Positions 1-12,500 of a DNA stretch of 64,000 nt are shown here, piece after piece. The position numbers were made by a program, and so were the translations under genes. The DNA comes from Haliotis rubra (lineage: Eukaryota): NCBI RefSeq assembly GCF_003918875.1, contig NW_025767236.1, positions 186,001-250,000 of the forward strand, written 5' to 3'. Positions within the stretch are counted from its first letter, which is position 1. Each line of letters opens with the position of its first letter. The notes below the pieces were generated by a model. It saw nothing but the letters and a program-made list of their open reading frames with translations. It was not told the origin of the DNA and made no database searches.

Positions 1-2646
1 TGCTGTTTTCCTGGAGTTACTTGGAGTCTTCTTGGCATGGGTAGCTAATGCTGTTTTCGTGGAGTTACTTGGAGTATTCTTGGCATGGGTCGCTAATGCT
101 GCTTTCGGGGAGTTACTTGGAGTCTTCTTGGTATGGGTAGCTAATGCTGTTTTCGTGGAGTTACTTGGAGTCTTCTTGGTATGGTTAGCTAATGCTGTTT
201 TCGTGGAGTTACTTGGAGTCTTCTTGGTATGGTTAGCTAATGCTGTTTTCCTGGAGTTACTTGGAGTATTCTTGGCATGGGTAGCTAATGCTGTTTTCCT
301 GGAGTTACTTGGGGTCTTCTTGGTATGGGTCGCTAATGCTGTTTTCCTGGAGTTACTTGGAGTCTTCTTGGCATGGGTCGCTAATGCTGTTTTCCTGGAG
401 TTACTTGGAGTATTCTTGGCATGGGTAGCTAATGCTGTTTTCCTGGAGTTACTTGGGGTCTTCTTGGTATGGGTAGCTAATGCTGTTTTCCTGGAGTTAC
501 TTGGGGTCTTCTTGGCATGGGTCGCTAATGCTGTTTTCGGGGAGTTACTTGGAGTCTTCTTGGTATGGGTCGCTAATGCTGTTTTCCTGGAGTTACTTGG
601 AGTATTCTTGGCATGGGTAGCTAATGCTGTTTTCCTGGAGTTACTTGGAGTCTTCTTGGTATGGGTCGCTAATGCTGTTTTCCTGGAGTTACTTGGAGTA
701 TTCTTGGCATGGGTAGCTAATGCTGTTTTCCTGGAGTTACTTGGGGTCTTCTTGGTATGGGTAGCTAATGCTGTTTTCCTGGAGTTACTTGGAGTCTTCT
801 TGGTATGGGTCGCTAATGCTGTTTTCCCGGAGTTACTTGGAGTCTTCTTGGTATGGGTAGCTAATGCTGTTTTCCTGGAGTTACTTTGGGTCTTCTTGGT
901 ATGGGTCGCTAATGCTGTTTTCCTGGAGTTACTTGGAGTATTCTTGGCATGGGTAGCTAATGCTGTTTTCCTGGAGTTACTTGGGGTCTTCTTGGTATGG
1001 GTAGCTAATGCTGTTTTCCTGGAGTTACTTGGAGTCTTCTTGGTATTGGTCGCTAATGCTGTTTTCGTGGAGTTACTTGGAGTCTTCTTGGTATGGTTAG
1101 CTAATGCTGTTTTCCTGGAGTTACTTGGGGTCTTCTTGGTATGGGTCGCTAATGCTGTTTTCCTGGAGTTACTTGGGGTCTTCTTGGTATGGGTAGCTAA
1201 TGCTGTTTTCTTGGAGTTTCTTGGAGTCTTCTTGGTATGGGTAGCTAATGCTGTTTTCCTGGAGTTACTTGGAGTCTTCTTGGCATGGGTAGCTAATGCT
1301 GTTTTCGTGGAGTTACTTGGAGTCTTCTTGGTATTGGTAGCTAATGCTGTTTTCCTGGAGTTACTTGGAGTCTTCTTGGTATGGGTAGCTAATGCTGTTT
1401 TCCTGGAGTTACTTGGAGTCTTCTTGGTATGGGTCGCTAATGCTGTTTTCCTGGAGTTACTTGGAGTCTTCTTGGTATGGTTAGCTAATGCTGTTTTCCT
1501 GGAGTTACTTGGAGTCTTCTTGGTATGGTTAGCTAATGCTGTTTTCCTGGAGTTACTTGGAGTCTACTTGGTATGGTTGGCTAATGCTGTTTTCCTGGAG
1601 TTACTTGGGGTCTTCTTGGTATGGGTAGCTAATGCTGTTTTCGTGGAGTTTCTTGGAGTCTTCTTGGTATGGGTAGCTAATGCTGTTTTCCTGGAGTTAC
1701 TTGGAGTCTTCTTGGTATGGGTCGCTAATGCTGTTTTCGTGGAGTTACTTGGAGTATTCTTGGCATGGGTAGCTAATGCTTTTCTCCTGGAGTTACTTGG
1801 GGTCTTCTTGATATGGGTAGCTAATGCTGTTTTCCTGGAGTTACTTGGGGTCTTCTTGGTATGGGTCGCTAATGCTGTTTTCCTGGAGTTACTTGGAGTC
1901 TTCTTGGCATGGGTAGCTAATGCTGTTTTCGTGGAGTTACTTGGAGTCTTCTTGGCATGGGTCGCTAATGCTGTTTTCGGGGAGTTACTTGGAGTCTTCT
2001 TGGCATGGGTCGCTAATGCTGTTTTCCTGGAGTTACTTGGAGTCTTCTTGGCATGGGTAGCTAATGCTGTTTTCCTGGAGTTACTTGGGGTCTTCTTGGT
2101 ATGGGTAGCTAATGCTGTTTTCCTGGAGTTACTTGGGGTCTTCTTGGTATGGGTCGCTAATGCTGTTTTCGGGGAGTTACTTGGAGTCTTCTTGGTATGG
2201 GTAGCTAATGCTGTTTTCCTGGAGTTACTTGGGGTCTTCTTGGTATGGGTAGCTAATGCTGTTTTCCTGGAGTTACTTGGGGTCTTCTTGGTATGGGTAG
2301 CTAATGCTGTTTTCGTGGAGTTACTTTGAGTCTTCTTGGTATGGGTAGCTAATGTTGTTTTCCTGGAGTTACTTGGGGTCTTCTTGGTATGGGTCGCTAA
2401 TGCTGTTTTCGGGGAGTTACTTGGAGTCTTCTTGGTATGGGTAGCTAATGCTGTTTTCCTGGAGTTACTTGGGGTCTTCTTGGTATGGGTAGCTAATGCT
2501 GTTTTCCTGGAGTTACTTGGGGTCTTCTTGGTATGGGTAGCTAATGCTGTTTTCGTGGAGTTACTTTGAGTCTTCTTGGTATGGGTAGCTAATGCTGTTT
2601 TCGTGGAGTTACTGGGAGTCTTCTTGGTATGGGTAGCTAATGTTGT
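1..2646. repeat. 48-bp minisatellite (about 55 copies, runs off the window start)
   Basis: Unit TGCTGTTTTCCTGGAGTTACTTGGAGTCTTCTTGGTATGGGTAGCTAA repeats in phase. The 765-aa ORF is just this unit translated. Confidence 0.97.
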
Positions 2647-3408
2647 TCTTAAGATATCCGGTTACAGATCAACTCAGAGCAACCTTTCGACAACTCTAAC
2701 CGACCAATGAAAAGACCTTGAACAAATCGACATTGTCCAGTCAGAAAGCAGATTTCACTAGCTATTTTCAAGCATCAAGCATGTGACTTCCATTCCAGAC
2801 TACTCTTTGAAAAATATTTTGACACAGTTCTAAATTCAAAATTCCAAAACTGAACATTCTAGAACGTGTAACAGATCCCTCGACTGCAATACTTCCCACT
2901 GGTATAATGTTAGTCCCACTGAAGGGGGAGATAACCCATGGTACTGACGGAATCAGTGGCACAGCACCTAGCTGATGTTAACCGGTGACACAACCTCTAG
3001 GGCAAATGGTGCACCTTGTGAAACTTCTCTCAACTCTTACATAGCGGACTGAATGAAAGATGTTTACATTCTCCACGACTTTAGAACACAAAGCTATGGT
3101 GTTTTGAAATTTGAGGTACTCTAACACGATTAGACACCTCTTATTTTAATTATCAAGCCGAGCGATTCATAACAATTAGGCATGTTATACAAGGAATAAC
3201 TGCCATTCGTATATTGTGATATGGTGTCAAGAAACGATATCGCCCTCTCAAATGTTTACTGGAGTGATATAGACAACATCGACACAACTCAAAATGGCAT
3301 TACCCCGTTTTTAACAATTGTTTTTCTCATAAAAGCTCCTCCATTGTTTCCAGTAGTGTCTAAGAACCTATGTATTCATTTGATATATATGTGTGATGTT
3401 GATTTCAG

Positions 3409-3522
3409 CTTGCCATGGAGAACACCCCCATCCACGAATGGAAGCTCCCAGAGATACCCGATGGCTTCAGTCTTCACATCAAGCGACATGACATGACGGG
3501 CAGTTCATTGTCAGGCAACAAG
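3409..3522 (+). CDS. Desulfhydrase A exon 2 ([38 protein letters not shown])
   Basis: tttcag| and |gtagga boundaries; homologous to exon 2 of paralogue B; absent from the ORF track in this frame. Confidence 0.88.
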
Positions 3523-6500
3523 GTAGGACAGGATCCTAGTCATATATATATTTGATATTTCAGTGGGCTGTCCACCTTCCAGCGCCTCACATGTATACTC
3601 CCAAGGGAGTTGAGCATGAAAGTGGAGGCTGGTCCATTGACCCGGGTAATAAAGTAGCGCTGTACAAGCTCGGGGATGCAGATTTGGCGCATGCGAAATA
3701 CGCCTTCTGTGACATTAACTCGGCTAGCGATAGGGCATTATGATATGTTTTATAAGACATTATGGATTACAATCAGTCATTTAGAAACTATCGATCTGAA
3801 ACACTGACCCTTTGTCTGTACTGCCTTTTATGGGTCACAATCCCGTCTGACTACTCTGACTTGCAATTGTGCGTAGTTGTGTTTTGAAAGGTGTGTGTGT
3901 GTGTGTGGGTGCCGCGTGCGTCATGACAGAATAGGTGCAGACATCATGTCACGTGTGATTAATCCATTAATTAAATATGCAACATCAAGGATCCTGCCAC
4001 TTCTTCGCGAATCGTCATCCCGTTATGTCGGATTCCATGATACAGTCATACAAAAGGCAGCGTAAGAGAGAGTGAAGTGGTGCTGCCACGCTTGCAAATG
4101 ATGGTACAAACTTCCGGTAATATCCCGCCAGACCAAGAAAACCTCTAAGCTCTGTTTCCGTTTTAGGAATTGGCCATCTGGTTACTGCTTCAATCTTCTC
4201 AGGGTCGGGAGAGATACCTGTTTGAGAAACTAGATGTCCCAGATACCTAAGTTTCTCCTTGAACAGTTGGCACTTTTCCGGTTTAACCTTCAAGTTGAAT
4301 TTTGACACCCTTGTCAAAACCATGTCCAATCTTTCTAATGTCTGTCCGAATGTTGTGCCGAAAATAAGGATGTCGTCAAGGTAAATGAGAAGAGTTTGAA
4401 AGTTCTCGTCACCAAAGATTCTGTCCATCAGACGCATGAAGGTGCCTGGTGCCCCAGTCAATCCGAATGGCATGCGGAGATATTCATATAGTCCACCTGT
4501 CCCGACTCTGAATGCCGTCTTTTCAATATCTTCCTTGGCGACTGCAATCTGGTTAAAGCCGTGAGCAAGGTCCAAGCTACAAAAGTATTTCGCACCCTTT
4601 AGGACTGTCAAAGCTTCGTCTATCCTTGGCAAAGGATATGCATCCTTACGTGTCTTCAAGTTCAGCGAGCGATAGTCACAACATACTCTCAGCTTTGTTC
4701 CTTTCCTAACAAGCACCACAGGAGCAGCATAGGGACTGGATGACTCCCGGATGATACCTTTCTCCAACGACTTGCGTAGATAATCGCGGACCTCTTGCCA
4801 TTGGCTTGGTGGTATACGCCGGTGGGGAATCCTGACAGGTATATCGTCCATAGTTGGAATCTTGTGTTCAATGGCATCACAGAATCCTATGTCGTCCTCG
4901 TCTTTGCTGAATACATCAGAGTGTTTGTTGATTAATTCCTGTAGTTTTTGTTGGCAGGAAGAAGGAAGACTCTCACTAACATCCATACGCTGTAGGAGGC
5001 TGTCAACAAGCTGTGACTTCAAGCTGTTTCCACTTGTATCTGTGACTTGTACTTCATTGCAGCTGACCTCCACAACATCGTAAGTTGGTTCAACTTCGGC
5101 CAGGTTTAAAACTCCAACCTGTGTCCTCGGATTGAGATATATAGCCTTGTCGCTGAAATTGGCAACTTGGCAAGGTACTCTCCCTGTAGAGTCCACATTG
5201 ACCACAGTTGGACCCAATTTAAGTCCAACTGGCAACGGAGCAGAGATTTCCTCAATGATGGCGGTGTAGGACACCTTGCTCGGCTGAACAGTTCCCTCAA
5301 ACACCATGAGTGATCGAGCTGGGACAAGGATGGGCTTTCTACCAGAAACTCTTATCCTGAGATTTTGTTTAGTTGAGGCAGGAATTTGATCGTAGTATGC
5401 CAAAACTTGGTGAACGTCCTTGGGTACTTGGAGATTGTCTTGCGTTACTTTAAGTCTTATATCTCGAAGGGCATTGGATCCAAGTACTCCAGGAACTTTC
5501 TGTTTCCGTGTTCTTGTGTCCTCGTCAGTTGGATCTTTGACGACCATGAACCAGATAATACCCATGTTATGTCCAAAAGCTTTAATCTCCAGAGCGAGGT
5601 ATCCCAGGTAGGGTATGTCCTGTCCATTCGCGGCAGTAATGCGAATCAACCTTCCCATGTCCAATAACTCCTCTGCTGACAGGTGCTCCTTGTAGAAGGA
5701 CTCGGTGATTGTCGACACCTGAGCTCCAGTATCAATCAGACACGTAAGGCTCATTCCATTCGCAGTAATGCTGGTCTCTGGGCATTTCCCTACCACTCTA
5801 TACAAGAAGGGACCATTTGTTAAACTTTCCTCGGCTCCCACAGTGAGGTCCTTCACGGTGGGAATCACTGGTTTAAAGCTTGTTTGGGGGGGTTTCTTCG
5901 GTTTCGGGGACACCTTCTTTGGATGTGGCCTTCTTCACCGCAGCTCCAACAGGTCCTTGGTCCTCGAGGCCTGGTGCTATTGAGCAAGCTGGCGATCTGT
6001 TCTTGTTGACGTTCAATGATGGCCTCTTGTCGTTTGAGTATATCTGCCATTTGGGCTTGATGTTCCTGAGCGTATACTATTGATCTTTCTTTGGAATTGC
6101 CCCCTAGCCATTCAATGACACGGTCGCGGAGATCCAGGAAGGATAGCTCTGGATGCTCACGTGTCAGCCTTCTGATTTCCCGCCTCTGGACTTCATGGTA
6201 GGCTGACTCGGCAAGCTGTCCCTTCAGTGCCATCTCCTTCATACCATGGAAAGTGCTATCAATTTCTACGATCTTGTCGTACAGTTCGATTAGGTCAAGC
6301 GAAGTTGTTACGAGGTCGCTACCAGCTGTCTGGCGGTAAGAATAGAATCGGTGTTGGGCTGCTGGCAAGTCATTTCCCTCTCCGAACACTTTCCTCAGGG
6401 TCTTGATGATCTGACACGGAGACTTCCTGGTATCAGGTCCTCTTGCTAGGATTTCCTGGCGAGCCCGTCCACCCAAGTTGTCACATAGAAGAACCGCATA

Positions 6501-9500
6501 GTCCTCGTCAGACAACTTCCTTGTCTCAGCGGAGACTTTCAGGTCCGAAATCCACTCTTCAAGCGTGGTGTCACCAGCTCGTAGAGGCTTGTCTTTGAAG
6601 CGTGGTAGTTGTCGACCAGTTGAGAGGACGAGTGGCTTGCTGGCACTAGCAGACAACGATAGCTCCTGGTCCCGAACTTTAATGCGAAGTGCTTCGAGTT
6701 CCATGGCAAGCAATTCCATTTTCTTTAAGTTTGGGTCTGCCACAACAACTGCTGGTTCCTCATCTGCCATCTCGTTCTAGCCTCCCTGGGGTTTTTCCAC
6801 AATAACTGCTCTGTATCCCACTTCTGACACCAAATGTAAGCGGGGCAAGGAATACAGAGAGTTTTTGATCTTCTATAGAGAGACTTTATTGTTCATTGTG
6901 GATGGATGAATCCATGTAACGAAAAAACCCCAGGAGAACACTCCTTTCAGCAACGGTCAGTGGTCACATGACCCAGGGCACGGACCAACTAGTCATTGAA
7001 ACTGTTGTGGCTAGCAGAAGAAACGATTGACTTGTCTGCTTGAAAACTGCGCTACATATGAGAGGTGATGGCGCGAAATGGAACAATAGCGAACTGCACT
7101 ATGGGAAAAGATTTTATATCTTTTTACATCAAACACCTAAAAGTTGGATAAACGTTAATGGAACATACTATTTTTAATGATAAATAGATTAGAAAGACTT
7201 ATAATTACGAAAATGGTGTATTTGTTGGTGATATGAAATTCCTGTTTCCGACTACTTCCGGAAACTGCCGAAGATAACGACGTGAAAACAAGGGCAAAAC
7301 AAATGTATATAGAAACTCCTTTACATCTATATATGTTGGTTAATTGAATATCGGCCTTTGAATAACAACATGGCAACCACTTATTCTGGTACGCTGTAAA
7401 AAGCTGCTTTCAAAAGGTCAATGTAATCTCGTGTGCAAATTAATATTGTATACACATTGTATCCTATCCCCAATTGATCAACAAAATGTGTATGGTGAAT
7501 TGAGTTGTGTTCTCGCTCTCTGACAACACAACAGTACAATGAGTGACAACACCGTAGTGATTCTTTATATGAAATGTGTCAATGTGTGAACTCCGGAACA
7601 CGAGCATCTCCCAGACCCATGGCTAGTCACAGCAGTGTACCAACATTGAACCGGGAAGATTCCATGGAACAGACATCCATGGACGTACCCTTGACCTTGA
7701 CCTTGACCTGTATCCGTGTACTCTCCCGCCCCCATGCTATACAAGTGAAGCTATTGATAAATGTCTTCTGATGGGCGGCACAATGTACAACATTCCCTGC
7801 GCCGACCGGGGAGCTCATTAGGAATTGAGATTATGGAAATTGTGGAGCCTTGAGCCTCTGGATCTGGTGCATTCGGTAGAGACTAATAGATCGGTGTTGT
7901 TGTATGTGATGAATACGGGAGGGCATATGTTATGTTATGAGCAGGACGGGACAATGGGTAGTACATTTGTAACAACTTCATTTCTTAGCATCTCGTCAAA
8001 TCTAACGAATCATGCCTAACGAGGAAACAGAGTAACCAATTGATTGTATAACATTCATTTGAACTGTTAGTGATACAGCTTATTATACAACAATTAATAT
8101 ATTCAATCAATATTTACTTCAGCACTGAGGAAGCCACAGGCCTATAGTACATTTCATATATACAAATTTCTCATCGACATGGCTTGATAAATGAAAACCG
8201 CAACATTTTTAATTACACTTTCATTTGAAGAATTCAATAGAGACGAAAATTTATCAATTGATGGATGGACAAAATAGAGTTCTTTAATATACTTTTTACG
8301 TGTAGTATTTAAACATATACTCATGCCAATAATGGTTGTCACCCCCTTCAATTATTTTAATTTGGAGAGGGGGTGTGGCGCGTGAGGTGGGTGGTTGGGG
8401 TTGGGGACGGGGATGACAACCATTATTGGCATGAGTATATATTGTTATGGCTGTTTGACCACTGAAGCAAATATCGTGTTGGTGGTTATTTCCAGAGCTT
8501 ATTCTTGAGGGTAAATCTTAATTCCTATTATCAGCCTCACGAAAGAGTATGGTTTTACACCGCATCAGACTCTGTGTCCATGTAGGGAATTGAACCCGGT
8601 CTTTGGCGTGATCATTGACGTTTTAACTGTCATTAGTCGATGAAACGGGTGACCAGTTGCTTCCTAGTATCGTGTAGAGAACCCGTGTGTGCTAGCTGAC
8701 CTTCCTAGTATCGTGTAGAGAACACGTGTGTGCAAGCTGACCTTCCTAGTATCGTGTAGAGAACCTGTGTGTGCAAGCTGACCTTCCTAGAATCGTGTAG
8801 AGAACCCGTGTGTGCTAGCTGACCTTCCTAGTATCGTGTAGAGAACCCGTGTGCGTAAGCTGACCTTCCTAGTATCGTGTAGAGAACCCGTGTGTGCTAG
8901 CTGACCTTCCTAGTATCGTGTAGAGAACCCGTGTGCGTAAGCTGACCTTCCTAGTATCGTGTAGAGAACCCGTGTGCGTAAGCTGACCTTCCTAGTATCG
9001 TGTAGACAACCCGTGTGTGCAAGCTGACCTTCCTAGTATCGTGTAGAGAACCCGTGTGTGTAAGCTGACCTTCCTAGTATCGTGTAGAGAACCCGTGTGT
9101 GCAAGCTGACCTTCCTAGAGAGAACCCGTGTGTGTAAGCTGACCTTCCTAGTATCGTGTAGAGAACCCGTGTGTGTAAGCTGACCTTCCTAGTATCGTGT
9201 AGAGAACCCGTGTGTGTAAGCTGACCTTCCTAGTATCGTGTAGAGAACCCGTGTGTGTAAGCTGACCTTCCTAGTATCGTGTAGAGAACCCGTGTGTGCA
9301 AGCTGACCTTCCTAGTATTGTATAGAGAACCCGTGTGTGCAAGCTGACCTTCCTAGTATCGTGTAGAGAACCCGTGTGTGCCAGCTGACCTTCCTAGAAT
9401 CGTGTAGAGAACCCGTGTGTGCCAGCTGACCTTCCTAGAATCGTGTAGAGAACCCGTGTTTGCAAGCTGACCTTCCTAGTATCGTGTAGAGAACCCGTGT

Positions 9501-12500
9501 GTGCAAGCTGACCTTCCTAGTATCGTGTAGAGAACCTGTGTGTGCAAGCTGACCTTCCTAGTATCTTGTAGAGAACCCGTGTGCGCTAGCTGACCTTCCT
9601 AGAATCGTGTAGAGAACCCGTGTGTGCAAGCTGACCTTCCTAGTATCGTGTAGAGAACCTGTGTGTGCAAGCTGACCTTCCTAGTATCTTGTAGAGAACC
9701 CGTGTGTGTAAGCTGACCTTCCTAGAATCGTGTAGAGAACCCGTGTGTGCAAGCTGACTTCATATTCTGCATCGTTTGATGGAAACAAAATGTTTCTTTC
9801 GAAGATGGTCATCTACCAGTTATTTCGTCGAGGTCGAGGTCACATATTCGTCAACATTCCACACCCGTCCCACAGATCTCTTATTGGCCCCTAGCAGGTC
9901 GTCACAGATGGTGCCACACAAATCACAGTGACATGTTAGGGAAGTCTACACAGCTGATTAACGAGTATGATCGTAACTTCATACGGGGGCTCGCTTGGTC
10001 AGTTGAATGTTGAAGTTTAAGATTAAATAAAAATAAATGCACAGCCAATCGAATAATGTAACATGTTGCGTCGCCATTCTCCAAACGATAGGGTCCGGTG
10101 GGGTAGCCTAGTGGTTAAAGCGTTCGCTCGTCACGCCTAAGACCCGGGTTCGATTCCCCACATGGCTACAATGTGTGAAGCCCATGTCTGGTGTCCCCCG
10201 CCGTGATATTGCTGGAATATTGCTAAAAGCGGCGTAAAACTTAACTCACTCACTCATTCAAACGATACGACACATATCAAGATGTATGGTCTGAACCTGG
10301 TCAGGATATTCACGAATATTATATAGAATCAACTCCCCCGTCCCGGTGTCTGTTACAGGGGCCTTATGTAAACCTAAGATATTGTTCACAGTCATCAGTA
10401 ATCCGGGGATTCTATCTACTCTCTGTCATCATTTATACCCTTGCCCAATCCACAAGAACTTCTCTTCGAGCCTGACTGGAATGAAAAGACGCCAATAAGT
10501 ATCGTCCAATCCAGTTGTTTAAATGAGCGACAGAAACTATGTGCTAAATTAAAATACGAGAGATGGTGATGATAACGTAATTTCCCAGACGAAAACGGGT
10601 GGTTGGAATAGAATATTTTCCAAACTAATACGTTCTCAAATACAAACACATTTCTTCGTTGGACATGCACTGAACAAAAAGTGTTGTCAAAAAAACATTC
10701 AGTTCCTATTTAAAAAAATATCCTTCCTTGTCTGTAACAAGCATCCCCCAACCTCAATAATAAATATTCCGTTCCTAAATTTGATTGATTGTACATCAAC
10801 AACATATGCAAATTATGCAACATTCCGAAACATTTTAGCAATCTATATTTTTTTGTCATAATTAAGATTGATTTCCTCGGATACTGCATGTTTGAATACC
10901 TCGGACCAAATAATGGCATAGATAAACATGAATGTCGGTTTTCAAATCAGGATTTCCGCGAGTTCAAAGTGACCTTGGCAACACAGGTGCCCTTGGCTTT
11001 CGCGTCCATGCAGCAGATTGAGCCTCCTCCAAGTTATCGATTAGTGCTGGGATGGAGTCGGTGCCGTGGTGTAAAGTCTCCATAAAACACACTGGGTTTC
11101 TCCACGCTCAATCCACGGCGTCTCCAGTATCAGCCCTCGACGGCGTCAGTAACAACACCGTCGGAGTAGGACAGATGGTCGTCGTGCGTTATGACCTGGG
11201 TGTCGTTGTACAAAGCGATCTTAGCGCTAAGGTGACCGTAACTCCCATACCTTAACATAGACTTAAGGTAGCCTCAGCACTAAGGTTGTTTTGTACGACG
11301 GCACCCAGGAGAGATAATTATGTTATTAATCCTTCGGGCGTTGTTGTGCTGGACGTAAGGCGACACCAAATTTAATATGTTGTGCAGATAAAGAACCTAG
11401 TGTGGCACAACACGTAGAGAAGGACAGCGGAGAACTGTTTCACTCGGGCGACCGGGACTTTTATTGTTGCGAATTTTACATCCTATTATCGTTCGTATGG
11501 CATGATATACTTGAGGTCTAGAACATGGAGCGCAGGTTCGGCCACAGGGGCTTGTAACGCAAAAACACAACAACATGCGTCATGGTACATATTGTCACTA
11601 ACGGGGTCTTAACACCATATAACAGGACTAGATCAAGATCAAAATGAAGATAGTGTATAGCACATAAGGCCTCCGCCCCGTATACATAGCGTTATAAAGA
11701 CAGGCAAGGTATGGACATTGCAAATAGCGGAAAGCATCATAACATTGTGAAATTAGTTGACAGGAGAAATCAGACTCTTCCATAATGACAGCGAATGTGT
11801 TAATAACAGGGCTAATTTTACATGAACAGATTCGTCTTATGATAAAAACAATCTGATAAGTGTTACCCTAGTAGGCCGACCCAAATATTTCTGTGGAATA
11901 TACTGCCTGCTGAAATCGACATAATAATGCATCAAATAGTAGCAACAGATGATATACTCAGACCCCGTATGTTTCCACTAGTGCAGAAACTACTAGACAA
12001 TGTCCACAATACATATTTTACCCAGCGCCTCACATCGCAACCCCCCCCCCCCCCTTTACTTCTTACCATGGCCAGGCAGTGTGACTTTTACAGCATATGA
12101 CTTTGCTGATGTTCTGTAAACAAGGTCATTAACCTCTTACTGTCCGTTGTCATAGCAACACTGATGGTCTGTGACCTGTTTTGAACCAGAGTGTATATAT
12201 TCCCTCATATTGCTGGACCATAGGACACCGTGGTATTCCGAATATAGGTGGGCAGTCCCTTCTCTCTTCCTCGTCGCCCGTAACTAGGTGCCCCTAGTGG
12301 CCACACAAGTTGTATGATAACCAGGGAGTGTAGATTGAAAATACGATGTGCCGTTGAGATTAACATCCAATCATCGAGGCAAAACAATGCGCCTTGAGCA
12401 TGTAGATGGGATGCTCTATATAGCGCTATATAAATACCCATAAAATGTATTAATAATGGTTGGTCATGCATGTGCCTCATTCTGAACAAACAAACACATG

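Larger units (their letters stand above)
4060..7056 (-). mobile_element. Ty3/Gypsy LTR retrotransposon, 3'-truncated (5' LTR-PBS-gag-PR-RT), antisense in intron 2 of desulfhydrase A
   Basis: LTR, PBS, gag and pol in the expected order; PR-RT domain order. Homology stops just after RT ([10 protein letters not shown]), with no RNase H, integrase or 3' LTR visible. Confidence 0.93.

Noticed and set aside
32-2329. 765-aa hydrophobic repeat protein (and the complementary LATHTKKTPSNSRKTA frame)
   Set aside because: A 48-bp unit is a multiple of 3, so open frames are expected. There is no ATG start or unique domain, the + frame has TGA at 2327 and 2567, and the - frame has TAG near 1565.
3053-3115. 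Possible exon 1 of desulfhydrase A (MKDVYILHDFRTQSYGVLKFE|gt)
   Set aside because: The phase fits, but there is no similarity to exon 1 of paralogue B and the donor is weak. The true exon 1 is probably outside the window.
8660-9761. CRISPR-like regular repeat arrays (also 25325-28998 and 44496-45298)
   Set aside because: Head-to-tail units without unique spacers, no cas genes, eukaryotic context.
10091-10165. tRNA genes at SINE heads
   Set aside because: A/B boxes are followed by the SINE body, tail and TSDs; no complete cloverleaf.
11378-11572. Possible solo LTR (TGTTGTG...CACAACA)
   Set aside because: No matching TSD, and the adjacent ...GACACCA is not a convincing PBS.
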